From assembly GCF_006345805.1 (NCBI RefSeq), contig NC_043005.1, positions 1,860,001 through 1,924,000 on the forward strand: a stretch of 64,000 nucleotides of DNA, in the 5' to 3' direction. Below, piece by piece: positions 14,412 to 25,239 of the stretch. Every line of letters starts with the position of its first letter. Within the stretch, counting starts at the first letter, position 1. The notes under the pieces are model-generated. The model did not search any database. It was not told the DNA's origin and was given only the letters and a program-made list of their open reading frames with translations. Source of the stretch: Octopus sinensis (lineage: Eukaryota). A program made the position numbers and the translations under genes.

Positions 14412-14996
14412 GAGGAAACCATCTTTTCCAGCTGGCTGCCGACACATGAGCTGTGTCCGTATACTGTGAGCAAGGGCGTCTACTGTTCCCTTTCTAGCCG
14501 TAGCGATACCTGTAGACGAATGGCTTTTGGGTAATTTCCCTTCGTCAGTACAGGACAACCACCGGTTAGAGATAGCAGCCTCTCGCTCTTGCTCACAGCA
14601 TATACTTTTAAATCGACACAGTCGCTGATTTCGTAAAGAGAAAAACAACTAGTTTCAAATCTCTGAACGAGAAAGTTTTAGTAACAACACTGTGCAGTAA
14701 AGTCTATTCGCCAATGTAATCGTCCTACCTAGGACGAAGGGAAATTACCCAGAAACCATTGGTCTACAGGTATCGCTACGGCTAGAAAGGGAGCAGTAGA
14801 CTCCCTTGCTCGCAGTATACGGACACAGATCATGTGTCGGTAACCATCTGGAAAATATGTTTTCCTGGGGCTAAAAAGTATTAACATCGTCTTACGTAGG
14901 ACTGCCACACTGCATTGGAAAACAGACTTTACTGCACAGTACTGTTACTTCATATTTATCGCTCAGACAATTAAAACTAGTTGTCTTTCTCTTTAC
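14412..14996. repeat. Two oppositely oriented, interleaved copies of a hammerhead-bearing repeat
   Basis: 14412-14554 is the reverse complement of 14724-14866, and 14633-14716 is the reverse complement of 14913-14996 (both roughly 80-90% identical by eye). Confidence 0.8.
14509..14554 (-). ncRNA. Minimal type I hammerhead motif (GAAA decayed)
   Basis: Minus strand reads CCTGTA CTGACGA AGGG-AAATTA-CCC AAAA GCCATTC GTC TACAGG, with a perfect 6-bp stem I. Confidence 0.6.
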
Positions 14997-15281
14997 AAAT
15001 AATAATCATGATTACGAAAAAAGTGAAGAAAAGGAAATTCTTATAGAAAATATTGCATAGAATTTGAAAAGTATTTTCAACGTCTTTCAATAATGGCAGG
15101 TGAATTAAACGTACTGTAGTTCTTTGCGGGTTATAAATATGACCACTGGCTCATTGGGAAATCTGTAAGTTCGATTTTTTAAATTTAATTTTTTTAAGTA
15201 TAACCATTATAGGTATTTATACTCCGGTAAAATTTTTAAAGAATCAACTCATAAATAAATGAAACCCTGGAATCCCTCATT

Positions 15282-15327
<46 letters not shown>

Positions 15328-15436
15328 AGAGTCGCATATCTGCACACACAGAGTCGCATATTTTTGTATGTATCCACACGTGTCTATGTGCATAAGAACA
15401 CGATGATCTTTATACACGTAAACGAGTGTCGTCAAA

Positions 15437-15487
<51 letters not shown>

Positions 15488-15576
15488 TAAACAGTAAAAA
15501 TAATTACAGACATGGACAAGAACATGAAACACCACAGAGACGACACAAGAACCACAGGACGGGACATTCGAAGCCC

Positions 15577-15638
15577 TCAGTCATCAGTCAAGAACCAGAT
15601 CATCTTAGCAATTTCGGCTGATTAATCTTGAGATTGCT
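15577..15638 (-). ncRNA. Candidate non-circularly permuted hammerhead ribozyme, intact core
   Basis: Minus strand reads AGCAAT C TCAAGA ttaa TCAG CC GAA ATTGCT aagatgatctggt TCTTGA CTGATGA CTGA. Stems I and III are perfect 6 bp and stem II is 4 bp. Confidence 0.7.
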
Positions 15639-16362
15639 CCGATATGGCCAGCCCGCCAAGGGAAATCTAAGCCAAGCGCATTAGATCCCCTGGAAGAAAG
15701 CTTCGAATGTATACAACACGAGGACGGAAAACGAACGAAGTACACACACGAACAAAAATACAGAATACGTGACACCAATAAGAATACAAAAACGTAAAAA
15801 CAATAACGGTAAAAATAAAAAATAAACAACAAAACAAAACCAGGACGTAGGACAAGGGTCTTTCGACAGGACGAGTTGAGTATGGGGCTGGCTTGTGAAG
15901 TTGTGCCTAATGGCCGCAGGGAGACGAACAAATACGTGTTGCTTCTGCGACTGCTGAAACGAAAAGAGCGCTCAACAGCGGCTAGCGGTCACGTGAGAAC
16001 AAAAGACAGGAGAAAGGGACAGATGAAAAGAGAGAGAAGGTGGACGAGGGAGGAGAAGAAAGAGACAAATCGAGGGGGCTGGAGGTGAGAGAGATAGAGA
16101 AACGTAGAAGGGGGGGGGGGGAGAAGACGGATGGAGAGGGAAAGAAAGGAAGGGGAATAAGGGAGGAGAGAGAGAGAGAGAAAGAGACAGATTAAGAGTC
16201 GTATCAATGCTAGAGAAAAAATATACTTATCGTATAAGGACAATTGTGGATACGTAGCCGCCGATTATATAGGTAAACAGTAAAAATAATTACAGACATG
16301 GACAAGAACATGAAACACCACAGAGACGACACAAGAACCACAGGACGGGACATTCGAAGCCC

Positions 16363-16424
16363 TCAGTCATCAATCAAGAACCAGATCATCTTAGCAATTT
16401 CGGCTGATTAATCTTGAGATTGCT
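16363..16424 (-). ncRNA. Second copy of the permuted hammerhead with core C3->U change (TTGATGA)
   Basis: Identical to 15577-15638 except at 16373. Confidence 0.65.
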
Positions 16425-16548
16425 CCGATATGGCCAGCCCGCCAAGGGAAATCTAAGCCAAGCGCATTAGATCCCCTGGAAGAAAGCTTCGAATGTATAC
16501 AACACGAGGACGGAAAACGAACGAAGTACACACACGAACAAAAATACA

Positions 16549-16632
<84 letters not shown>

Positions 16633-17355
16633 AGGTTTGGAGATGATATACAGGTATTATATATTAGAAGAAATGAGGTAATCAGAAGATCGGATGGTTT
16701 ATATTTACAGATATTTATTTATATATTACATTTTTTTATATATATATCATATCACTTAGATCATTAGCGCTTTCTCCAATTCTAATGGGGGTTTTCAAAT
16801 CAAAGTAAGTTCCTTTGTGGGGAATTTTAATCATTTTATAGAGTTTCGTAGTGGTGGGGAGGAATATAAGACAGTACAAGAGGGTGAGGTGGATGAGGAG
16901 AAAGTGAGAGAGAGAACATGTGTGTATGTGTATGTGTGTGTGTGTGTGTGTGTGTTTGTATCTGAGGTGAGTGCTAAAGAGAAAGAGGGGAAGGGAGAGG
17001 GAAGAAGAAGGAAAGAATTTTTTTTGGTCTGCTGGACAGAATATTGACTCCAAGGGGGTTCTAAGAATTTCAGCTTTGACCACTTCACAGTGTCACTGAG
17101 TGTGTTGGCGGGGAGGTAGGCCATAAATTATATTTCCTTTTATCATTGTGAGAATGGTCAAATGCTTTTTTGGGTTTAAGAATTCTTTTGTGGAGGTGTG
17201 TGTGTGTGTCTGCGTGTGTGTCCGTGTGTGTTTGTGTGTGTGTGTGTATGTGTGTGCGTGTGCATGTGTCTGTGTGTTTGGAGAAGGGGAGAGAGACAAA
17301 AAAGGAAAAAGAAAAATAAGGGAGGAAGGGGAAAAAATTGTGTTGATATTTATAC

Positions 17356-17538
17356 CACTATATATATATACATGCTTATACATGAAATATTTGAAATAAA
17401 ACCTTTTATCGGTTCAAAATGAACAACTAAATTACACCATCTTGAAAATTGTATATTTGTAGGAAAGTTAAAATTAAAGTGACAATTAAAAAGTAAAGAT
17501 GAAGTAAATTATAAAAATAATATAATGTATATAACAGG

Positions 17539-17584
<46 letters not shown>

Positions 17585-17812
17585 ATGTACATATACCGAC
17601 ATATACTAAATGTTCTACTATATTCAATGTCACTATATATATATACATGCTTATACATGAAATATTAGAAAAAAACACCTATCGATTCAAAATGAACAAT
17701 CAAATTACACCATCTTGAAAATTTCATATCATAGGAAAGTTAAAATTAGAATGACAATTGGCAAGTAAAGATCAAGTAAATTACAAAAATAATATAATGT
17801 ATATAACAGGTA

Positions 17813-17815
<3 letters not shown>
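17356..17815. repeat. ~273-bp-period tandem direct repeat directly 3' of a Penelope-like element (pseudo-LTR-like)
   Basis: The TTCAAAATGAACAA..AAATTACACCATCTTGAAAAT...AGTAAATTA.AAAAATAATATAATGTATATAACAGG module occurs at ~17411 and ~17682. A related module is at ~50111. Confidence 0.7.
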
Positions 17816-17856
<41 letters not shown>

Positions 17857-17884
17857 CACACAACACACACACACACACACACAT

Positions 17885-17928
<44 letters not shown>

Positions 17929-17994
17929 TAAATGTTCTACTATATTATATTGCAAGTCAAAAGATTTGTCCTCCAATGTATGTTGAGTAAAGTT

Positions 17995-20790
17995 TCAGCC
18001 ATTTAATTTGGGGGAGAACTTAGCTATGAAATATTTTTCCATATTCCTCCTGAAAGAGGTGTCGTTCTTCGGACATTTGTAGAAGGGAAATATCTTAAAT
18101 TTTCCTTCTCCACACGTAGCTAGGTGTGTACTTAGTGGTATTTTGCGTAGTTCTTCCTTCCGAATATGTTGTCGGTGAATCCTGGCTCGCTGGCACAAAG
18201 AATTACCAGTTTCACCTACGTAATTCTCCTTGCACGTGGGGCAGGTTATGCAGTATATAACGTTCTGCGTCTTGCAGTTCACATCTGCATTTACTTTGAA
18301 TATGTCACCACTTTTAAATCTCATCTTTCTGTTTCCCTCTATGTATTTGTAGGTGGGGTTGCTGCAGATCCCACATCTACCATCTCCGCACTCTTTTGCA
18401 AAGAATTCCGTTTTACTTTCTGAAGAGGATTTCGCTCTTGTTAAGTGTTTCTTTAGGTTTTTGTCCTGTCGTCTATTGTTTTTTATGCTATATTTGTTTA
18501 ATATGTTTTTCATTTTGGGGCTTTGTAAGGCTATTGGTAGGTTTGAATGTATGGTTTGGAAGATGTTGGTAACTCCAGGGTTGTGCGTTGTGTTATAAAA
18601 GGGATAATGTTTTCTTTTGTTTTGTTTTGGGTGTCCTGAGTTGTGCGATGTCTAGTTTTAATGCTCTTGTGATTCCATTTTCTATTAGTTTAGGGGGTAT
18701 TTTTGCTCTAGGAGGAAGTTTTTGAGTTCATCTAGTCTTATTAGTCGTATTTGCGAATCAGTTACTATGCTACATATTCGTCTTGCCATACTATATGGGA
18801 TGTTTCTTTTTGTGTGGGATGGGTGGCAGGAGTGGAAATTTAAGTATTGGTGTGTGTCAGTTTTTTGTAGTGGATGTCTGTTGTGACGATGGAGTTGTGT
18901 ATGTTGATGTCTAGGAAGGGAAGTTCGTTGTGGCTGGTATCTATTGTGAAGTTGATAGATGGGTGCAGCGTATTGAGGATGTTGTGGAATGTTCGTAGGT
19001 TTTCTTCTGATCTGTTCCAAAAGATGAAGCAGTCATCGAGGTAGCGTTTCCACTTTTTCTTGATGTCTTCTCTGAAGTCGTGTTCGAAGACTTTCCCTAT
19101 TTCATCATATAGTTTGTTCTCCAGGAAACCCATCACCAGGTTGGCATATGAAGGTGCAAATTTTGTACTCATAGCCGTGCCTTTTATCTGTCGGTGTGTC
19201 TTGTTGTTGAATGAGAATGTATTTTCTTCGAGTATTAGTTGGGTGGCTTGGGTGATAAAGTTTGTCTTGAAGCGCTCGTCTATAAGTTCTCTGTATTTTT
19301 CTATCGATTGTTTTATAGCTTCTAGACCTAGGATGTGTGGTATGTTTGTGTATAGATTTGTGACATCAAAGCTTGCAAGTATGGTGTTTTTCGGGACTGT
19401 ATTTGGAATGTGTGTGAGGAAGTCTATGTCATCCCTTATGTAGCTTGGTATCTGTGGGCATAAAGGTTTGAGGAGTATATCTATGAAGTGGCTTAGTTGT
19501 TGTGTTGGTGCCTGGGGTCCTGCCACTATTGGTCTCATTGTGAGGTCTGCAGGCCTTTGTATTCTTGTATAGTGGTTCCACTATTCCTTTATGGCTCTCT
19601 GTATTTCAGAGCTTTTATGAATTTTAGGTAATCCATAAAAATTACTTTCTTTGGTTGTGAGTTGCATAGATAGTCTTCCTCCTTATCTGTAAAGGAGTCC
19701 TGGTATTTATTGACTAAAGTTCTAATTTTTGTTATTGTTGTTTTCTCCGGTGGTGTTGGTTCCTCTTTATAGTATGTCTGGTTGTTCAGTAACTCCAGTA
19801 TCTTTTCTTTGTAGTAATCTGTATCCATAATTACTATTGCTCCACCTTTGTCAGCTTCTTTTGTAATGATTGACTCGTCATTTTTCAGTTTTTGTAAGGC
19901 TTGTTTTTCTCCTCTGCGGAGATTCTGTTTGCATTTGTGTGTGTGGAGAGGGAATTTGGATATTGTCTCTATGTATGCGTCAAGGTGTTTGTCACTTCCC
20001 TTGTAAGGGGTGAAATAGGATTTTTTTCTTATGATTGAGTTATCTTCAGTTTCTTTATTTTCTAAGAATTCCATAAGGCGGAGGTAGCGGCTGAAGTTGT
20101 CTATGTCAGTTTTTAGTTCTATGAGGTTTGGAGTGGGTGTAGGTGTAAATTTGAGGCCTTTTAGTAGTAGGTTCATTTCATATTCGTCAAGTTCTTTTTA
20201 GATAAGTTTATTATTTTGGGGTCTATGTGTTTTGTGAGTTCATCCGGAATTTTTGGTGTGTATTGGGTCTGGAGTATGGTTGAAGTATCCTCTCCCTAAA
20301 AAATGGGTTGTGTTGTTGCGTCTCCAAATTCCATTTTCAGTTCTTAGGTTTTCTTGTAGTTGGGGTGGTCTGTGTGGTCTGTATGTGTTGTTTTGTCTTT
20401 GGTAGTTGTTTCTTCCCATCTTCTGTGTTTGTTGAGCCAATATTTATTACTGGGGTTCAGGTTTCTTTGTGGTAGGTGGATGGTTCATGTATTGTGTTTG
20501 TATTGTATTGATAGTGGGAGTTGTTTTTTATCCATCTTGGAAATTTGTGGGGTTGCATGGGGTTGGTGTTTGTGTGGTTTCGATTTCCTCGATGTTTGTT
20601 GTAGGTTATATGTTGATTTCTATCCATTTGTATATTGTTCCATGTGTGTGTCCTTTTAGGATGTCCAGTGTTATGTGTTGGTGGTTGTTCCTATTCTATT
20701 TGTTCTCTCCAAGTGTCATAGGTACTCAATCTTGTGAGTGGTCAATAGTATTTAATAGGCACAAACATGTTTTTATGTGCTACTAATAGA
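17995..20790 (-). mobile_element. Penelope-like retroelement (RT + GIY-YIG endonuclease), frameshifted, near full-length ORF
   Basis: 19589..20176 gives LLLKGLKFTPTP...ITKEADKGGAIVIM. 18840..19538 gives RPIVAG, SFDVTNLYTNIP, GTAMSTKFAPSYANL, RYLDDCF and LPFLDI. 17995..18513 gives NVIYCITCPTCKENYVGETG..L.QR...H. The 5' boundary is approximate. Confidence 0.92.
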
Positions 20791-21075
20791 TTGTTGTGCC
20801 GAGAACATGCCAAAATGATGCATACTCTGCGTGTACATAAATTCTTTCGCAAAAAATTTGCACAGTCAAGACATTTTGATTCCTGTCCGCCAGTTTTGAA
20901 GATAATAAAAACACATTTGCATCATTTTGAGCCACTCGTCCAATGAGTATTTCTGCCAAATTTGGTGAAAACCCGTCCTGCCGTTTTCCAGTAATTTTGC
21001 AAACACACAGACAAACAGAGACGAGTGACTACAACACCTCGCTTTCGAATCCGCTTGTAGGGTAATTATGACAGT
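20790..21075 (+). mobile_element. Possible non-autonomous Helitron/DINE-like repeat
   Basis: The CCAAATTTGGTGAAAA...ACACAGACAAACAGA...3' short stem-loop organisation resembles HINE/DINE-type elements. Pattern recognition only. Confidence 0.3.
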
Positions 21076-21942
21076 AAAGACCTTTTTGCCGATGTTGAAG
21101 TCTGGAAATATATTTTCATAGACCAATATTCAACCATTTTTTTTACTTCGTATAATGGATTCCATTAATTTATTACTTCAACACAACAAACTAATTAAAC
21201 AGTAAATTTTAACCAAACGGTTGAATCTCTTCTGTGAGTCGGGGGGCTTTTGAAATTTTCTGAATGTCAATTTTTAAAGGTATTCTTAAAATGTTATCTT
21301 ATGGTCTAACAATACATTTTTTTGGCGTTTAGTGAATATCAGTTGTTGTTTGAAAGTTAGAATATCATTTTAGAATATATTTGTGTGCTGTATGATTAGG
21401 AAAGCAAACACTACTTAGCGTTCTATTTACATCATTAGTAAGATTAACGAAGTGAAAAACCATCTGAAATAAAAACAAAAGCAGAAATGGTTATTAAACA
21501 CTTCAACTTTATTCGAAGAGTTGACTAAAATTGGAAACCAAATGAATTTTTTATTTTATTTAGCAGTTGAATGTGATTCGATGTACTTATAGAAACTACA
21601 CAGAGAATTTAACACCAAAATTTATGTTCTTTTTATTAGAAAAACATTTTTTCGTTTAATGTTACACGATTTTGTCTCAGTTACAAACCATTTATGTTCT
21701 TGTTTACTTTGTTGGAATTTCTTTAAAGTTTTTGTTTAATTGTTGAACTTTTAGCGCAATTTTAAAGTATTTAGAGACTACTTCAGTTTTCAGACAAAAT
21801 GAAGAATTCTTTAAAAAAGTTTTCAATAGATGGATCTGAATTAGAGTAACAGCAAAAAAAAAAAAAATAATAATTCGCCCACTAAATTCAAAATATAAAA
21901 CAATCAATTATTTAGCATTTATTCGTAACATCTTTTGTGTAT

Positions 21943-22136
21943 CGTTTTTGGATTTGGTTTGCAAGATTATTTATATGAGTTCTTGTGTTGAAACATGTTC
22001 TGTTGTGTCTAGGGAGAGTCATTTTCTTTTTGTGCCTTATTATTTAACACACCCACCGGTATAAGTGGAAATGTTACCGGTGAGTATGTTACATTATAAA
22101 GCACAAAAATAAAATGACTCCCCAGACATAACAGAA
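21943..22136. mobile_element. Long-TIR MITE-like repeat (internally collapsed, palindromic copy)
   Basis: CTGTTGTGTCTAGGGAGAGTCATTTTC...CACCGGT is followed by its reverse complement ACCGGTGAG...AATGACTCCCCAGACATAACAG. The same family occurs at 42883-43090 and 46032-46890. Confidence 0.7.
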
Positions 22137-22199
22137 TCTTTTGTGCAGCTTCATAGTTAATTCTTATATAATTTATATAATCTTATTCCTAGCTGGTGT

Positions 22200-22768
22200 T
22201 TTCAGGATACAAGTTTGAGGAAGAGTGACAGTAGCAACTTGCAAACAAATTCATGCCATATTCAATGTCTTCTATCTCCTTCTTAAGTCTTTGATCATAG
22301 CATTATTGGTCTGTCATTGGTCTTTACAGTTATATGAGTCTTTGCAACAACTTTTCTTCGTCTTTTTTTCTGGAAAGAGATTTCTTTTTACCCGCTGCCA
22401 GATATAGACTGAAGAGAACGAAGAGTGGAAAATAGGGGCCTGAAGGGGTCCAATTCAATTTAGAAAGGACTTTCTCCTCAGTATGGAATGGATTACCCAA
22501 TCTGTGGTTTGTTATATTTTTCTACATATCTTAATTATATCTAGGTTTAATTATATTTTAATTATATCTTGCTTTCACTAGCCCCCAACCATATCTTGCT
22601 TGAATGGGTTCATTGTATAACGCTTTCATTTCTCCCCTCCTCCTTTCTCTTACCAAATGCCATACACTTTTTAACATCCACATAAAGCATTTTATTTGTA
22701 TGTAAGGACCCTTGCAGTAAATAAAGAAGCTTCTTCTTCTTCTTCATCTTCTTCTTCTTCTTCTTCTT
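22200..22768 (+). mobile_element. Probable 3' end of another Tx1-like LINE followed by (TTC)n (22730-22768)
   Basis: The terminal motif TTGTATGTAAGGACCCTTGCAGTAAATAAAGAAGC-(TTC)n resembles the 3' ends of Tx1 copies 1-3. Confidence 0.45.
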
Positions 22769-22883
22769 TATCGCCAGAACTAGACGTGACGCGAGTGCGC
22801 TGTGAGTTATTGACTTATCTTCTTTGTTATAAGACTATATTTGTTAGCCCTTTTTTTTTGTCGTATAGTGTGTCATATTTTGA

Positions 22884-24640
22884 TGATTCTTTATTACCCA
22901 CCAGGGGGCGACACAGAGGGGGACACCACAAGACATGGGGACATAGAACATTATAATTAAAATTTATGAAAAATGAATTGTTAAATGAAAAAAATGATAA
23001 TATGAAAGCGATGCTAAAGGCCCCATCCGTTAGCATCACTTACCTGTCCTTTGGTTTTCACCGTCACTTGAATGTTCATTTCCAATACGAATACCTTCCA
23101 TATCCATTCTTACTCCGAAATACTCCTCCATATTTTCCACGACTTCATCGCTCATTCTTATATCTTTCATCTCCCATTCACACCTCACCATAAACTCATC
23201 TATGTTCTTCTTTTCAATCACAGCATACCTAGTCTCACCAACTTCATACCATTTATACTCTTCCATTAGCCTTTTAACTTCTTTCTGTTCAGTCATAGTA
23301 CAAATGTACGGCCTGGGTTCGATTTCAATCTCTTGTCTGTCTGTATTATTTTTTTCTTTTGTTTTCTTGTTGGGGGGGAGCGGGTGGGTTCACTGTCTGC
23401 AGGGATAGGGTGGGACTCAGAGGGTGTGGGTGGTTTGGGGGTGGATTGGTGTTCCATGTTATTTTCTTTTCCTCGTATTCTTCTCTTCCTCTTATTTCCA
23501 GCTTCCTTCCATTTCTGTGTATTCTCTTCCTCTTCTACTGTCTCCTTCTCCTCTGGTTTCTGCTTCTCTCTCTGTGGTTCGGAATCCATTTCTTTCACTG
23601 GGGGAGGGCAGTAGGCTCTTATGTGACCCCTCAGGCCACACTTGTAACAACGTGGAGCTCTGCCCTCCACCCACACTCTCATGATCACGTCTCCCAATCT
23701 GATGCTTTCCGCCAGGTCCACCAGTACCTCGTTCTCTGCCTGTACGTTCAGCTCCACTGTTATGCCTCTCCAGCCCTCGGTCTTAACCGAGGCATGGAGA
23801 ATATCCACTTCCTCCTCGTGGCCGCTGATCACAGCCGCCACAATCCACTCTGCCTCCACGTTTGGTGGCACTCCCTCCACCCTCACTCGTGTAATCCTTC
23901 TATTCAAATACATAGGTAAAAGTGTTACCTTTTCTGACTTCACCGCCTTCGCCGCCATCTTCCTCGCTGCAGTCTCACTTTTAAAATGTACCACTACGGT
24001 ACCATACTTGGATCCTCGAGTCAGAAAATTAATTTCCTCCTCCGATCTTCTCAGGGCCTCCTCTATCCACTCCATGTTTACAACTTCTATTTTCTTCCTT
24101 TCATTCGCGAACACCCTGTAAATAATGGTCCTCTTATCATACCATTCTTTTCTCCTGGGTGTCGGTGCTAGTTCCACCTCACCGCTTTCCTTTTTCATGT
24201 ATTTCTGGTAACTTGGCAACTTGGCCAAGTCCACCCCTTTCTCTTCAGCCTTCTTGGTTACACCGGCATAGGTATAACCCAGCTTCTCGTTCAATTTCCT
24301 CGCTGCCATTTCTAGCTCCTTCTCAGACGTAGACAAGTCTGATAAAGACTCGAAAACTCCAGCCTTTTCTTCCATCAGCTTCATTGCAATTGCCTGTTCC
24401 AGTTCCTCATCTGTCGTGGACAAGTCTGTTAGAGACTCATAGTCCATTTCCTTCTGTCTGACAGACCGAAAACGGCCGCCAAAACAGAAAAAGTGTAACG
24501 CGCAGAACCAGCGAAACGCGAAACCGCATCAACGCCGTTCAAAATTTCCACAACAACAACAACGCTTTTTGTTCTTTTTTACCGAATTTCAGGAGCCGAA
24601 AAAAACACAACCGACCAAATGGTTCGTATTTGGTTGATTG
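22884..24640 (-). mobile_element. ORF1-only (HAL1/'half-LINE'-like) non-autonomous retroelement related to the Tx1 family
   Basis: It has a ~190-nt 5' UTR, an open ORF1 and no ORF2. The 3' end GTCCCCCTCTGTGTCGCCCCCTGGTGGGTAATAAAGAATCA resembles the Tx1 3' ends. AGTGTGTCATATTTTGA is repeated at 22867-22883 and 24641-24657. Confidence 0.75.
23293..24447 (-). CDS. LINE ORF1-like protein, 384 aa, RRM-like region + CCHC zinc knuckle (possibly extended by a frameshift into 23036..23296)
   Basis: Uninterrupted ORF. KRTIIYRV, GSKYGTVVVHF, PMYLNRRITRVRVEGVPP and VEGRAPRCYKCGLRGHIRAYCP align with KKTIIYRI, GSKFATVQVRF, PSYLGRRITKVTINNVPP and VEGMRPRCYLCNSEAHLRYECP of ORF 4241..5137. Confidence 0.8.
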   Translation of the reverse strand: MDYESLTDLSTTDEELEQAIAMKLMEEKAGVFESLSDLSTSEKELEMAARKLNEKLGYTYAGVTKKAEEKGVDLAKLPSYQKYMKKESGEVELAPTPRRKEWYDKRTIIYRVFANERKKIEVVNMEWIEEALRRSEEEINFLTRGSKYGTVVVHFKSETAARKMAAKAVKSEKVTLLPMYLNRRITRVRVEGVPPNVEAEWIVAAVISGHEEEVDILHASVKTEGWRGITVELNVQAENEVLVDLAESIRLGDVIMRVWVEGRAPRCYKCGLRGHIRAYCPPPVKEMDSEPQREKQKPEEKETVEEEENTQKWKEAGNKRKRRIRGKENNMEHQSTPKPPTPSESHPIPADSEPTRSPPTRKQKKKIIQTDKRLKSNPGRTFVL

Positions 24641-25239
24641 AGTGTGTCATATTTTGAGCTGACAATAAGGGTCTGAGCAAAAGTTATTGTTATCAGCCCT
24701 AAGGGGGAAAAATTCGAAAAGAAGGTTTTTCTTTCCGAAATCTTGCTTAAAATTTGCATCTGGCGGAGTCTTCCTCGCCAAATGGAGAAGAGAGGATGGT
24801 GGGAGGTAGTTTTGAAGGTGAAATTAGCCTTCGCAGTCCATCTTACACGGGAACTAACAAACGTGGGAAGAGGTAGTAGCAGAACCAACAACGACGAAAA
24901 CGGCATCGGTGCCACCGCCGCCGCCATCACAAAAGCCACAACAAGAAAATCAGGTAAAAGAAAAAAAAAATTTTTCACTCATAGCACGTGCAAATTCATC
25001 CAGCACCGCCACCACCACTTCCACCGTTAACGCCAAAACAGGTGCTGAAAAAAAGAGAAATCCTGCCGTAACGGGTTCGCATCTGCAGCCAGGCAATCAC
25101 AAGAAAATATAAACCTGTCAAAGGGTGATTTATAAAATGCAAGAAGCAAGTTAAAAAATGCAAGAAGGTTAATTCCTGAAGCCATTGTATAGGACACAAT
25201 AAGAAAAACAACGATACACAAAACAATTGGAGTAAAAAA

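Larger units (their letters stand above)
15482..16553 (-). mobile_element. Non-coding element with 286-bp near-identical terminal direct repeats (15482-15767, 16268-16553; period 786 bp), flanked by (TA)n; retrozyme/Penelope-pLTR-like
   Basis: The repeats match by eye except at one base (15587 G vs 16373 A). (TA)n arrays lie at ~15438-15485 and ~16551-16628. Each repeat carries a hammerhead core. Confidence 0.7.

Noticed and set aside
17065-17095. CTGTGAAGTGGTCAAAGCTGAAATTC (minus) near the Penelope 3' repeats
   Set aside because: The core lacks a base and the stems do not pair well enough to call.
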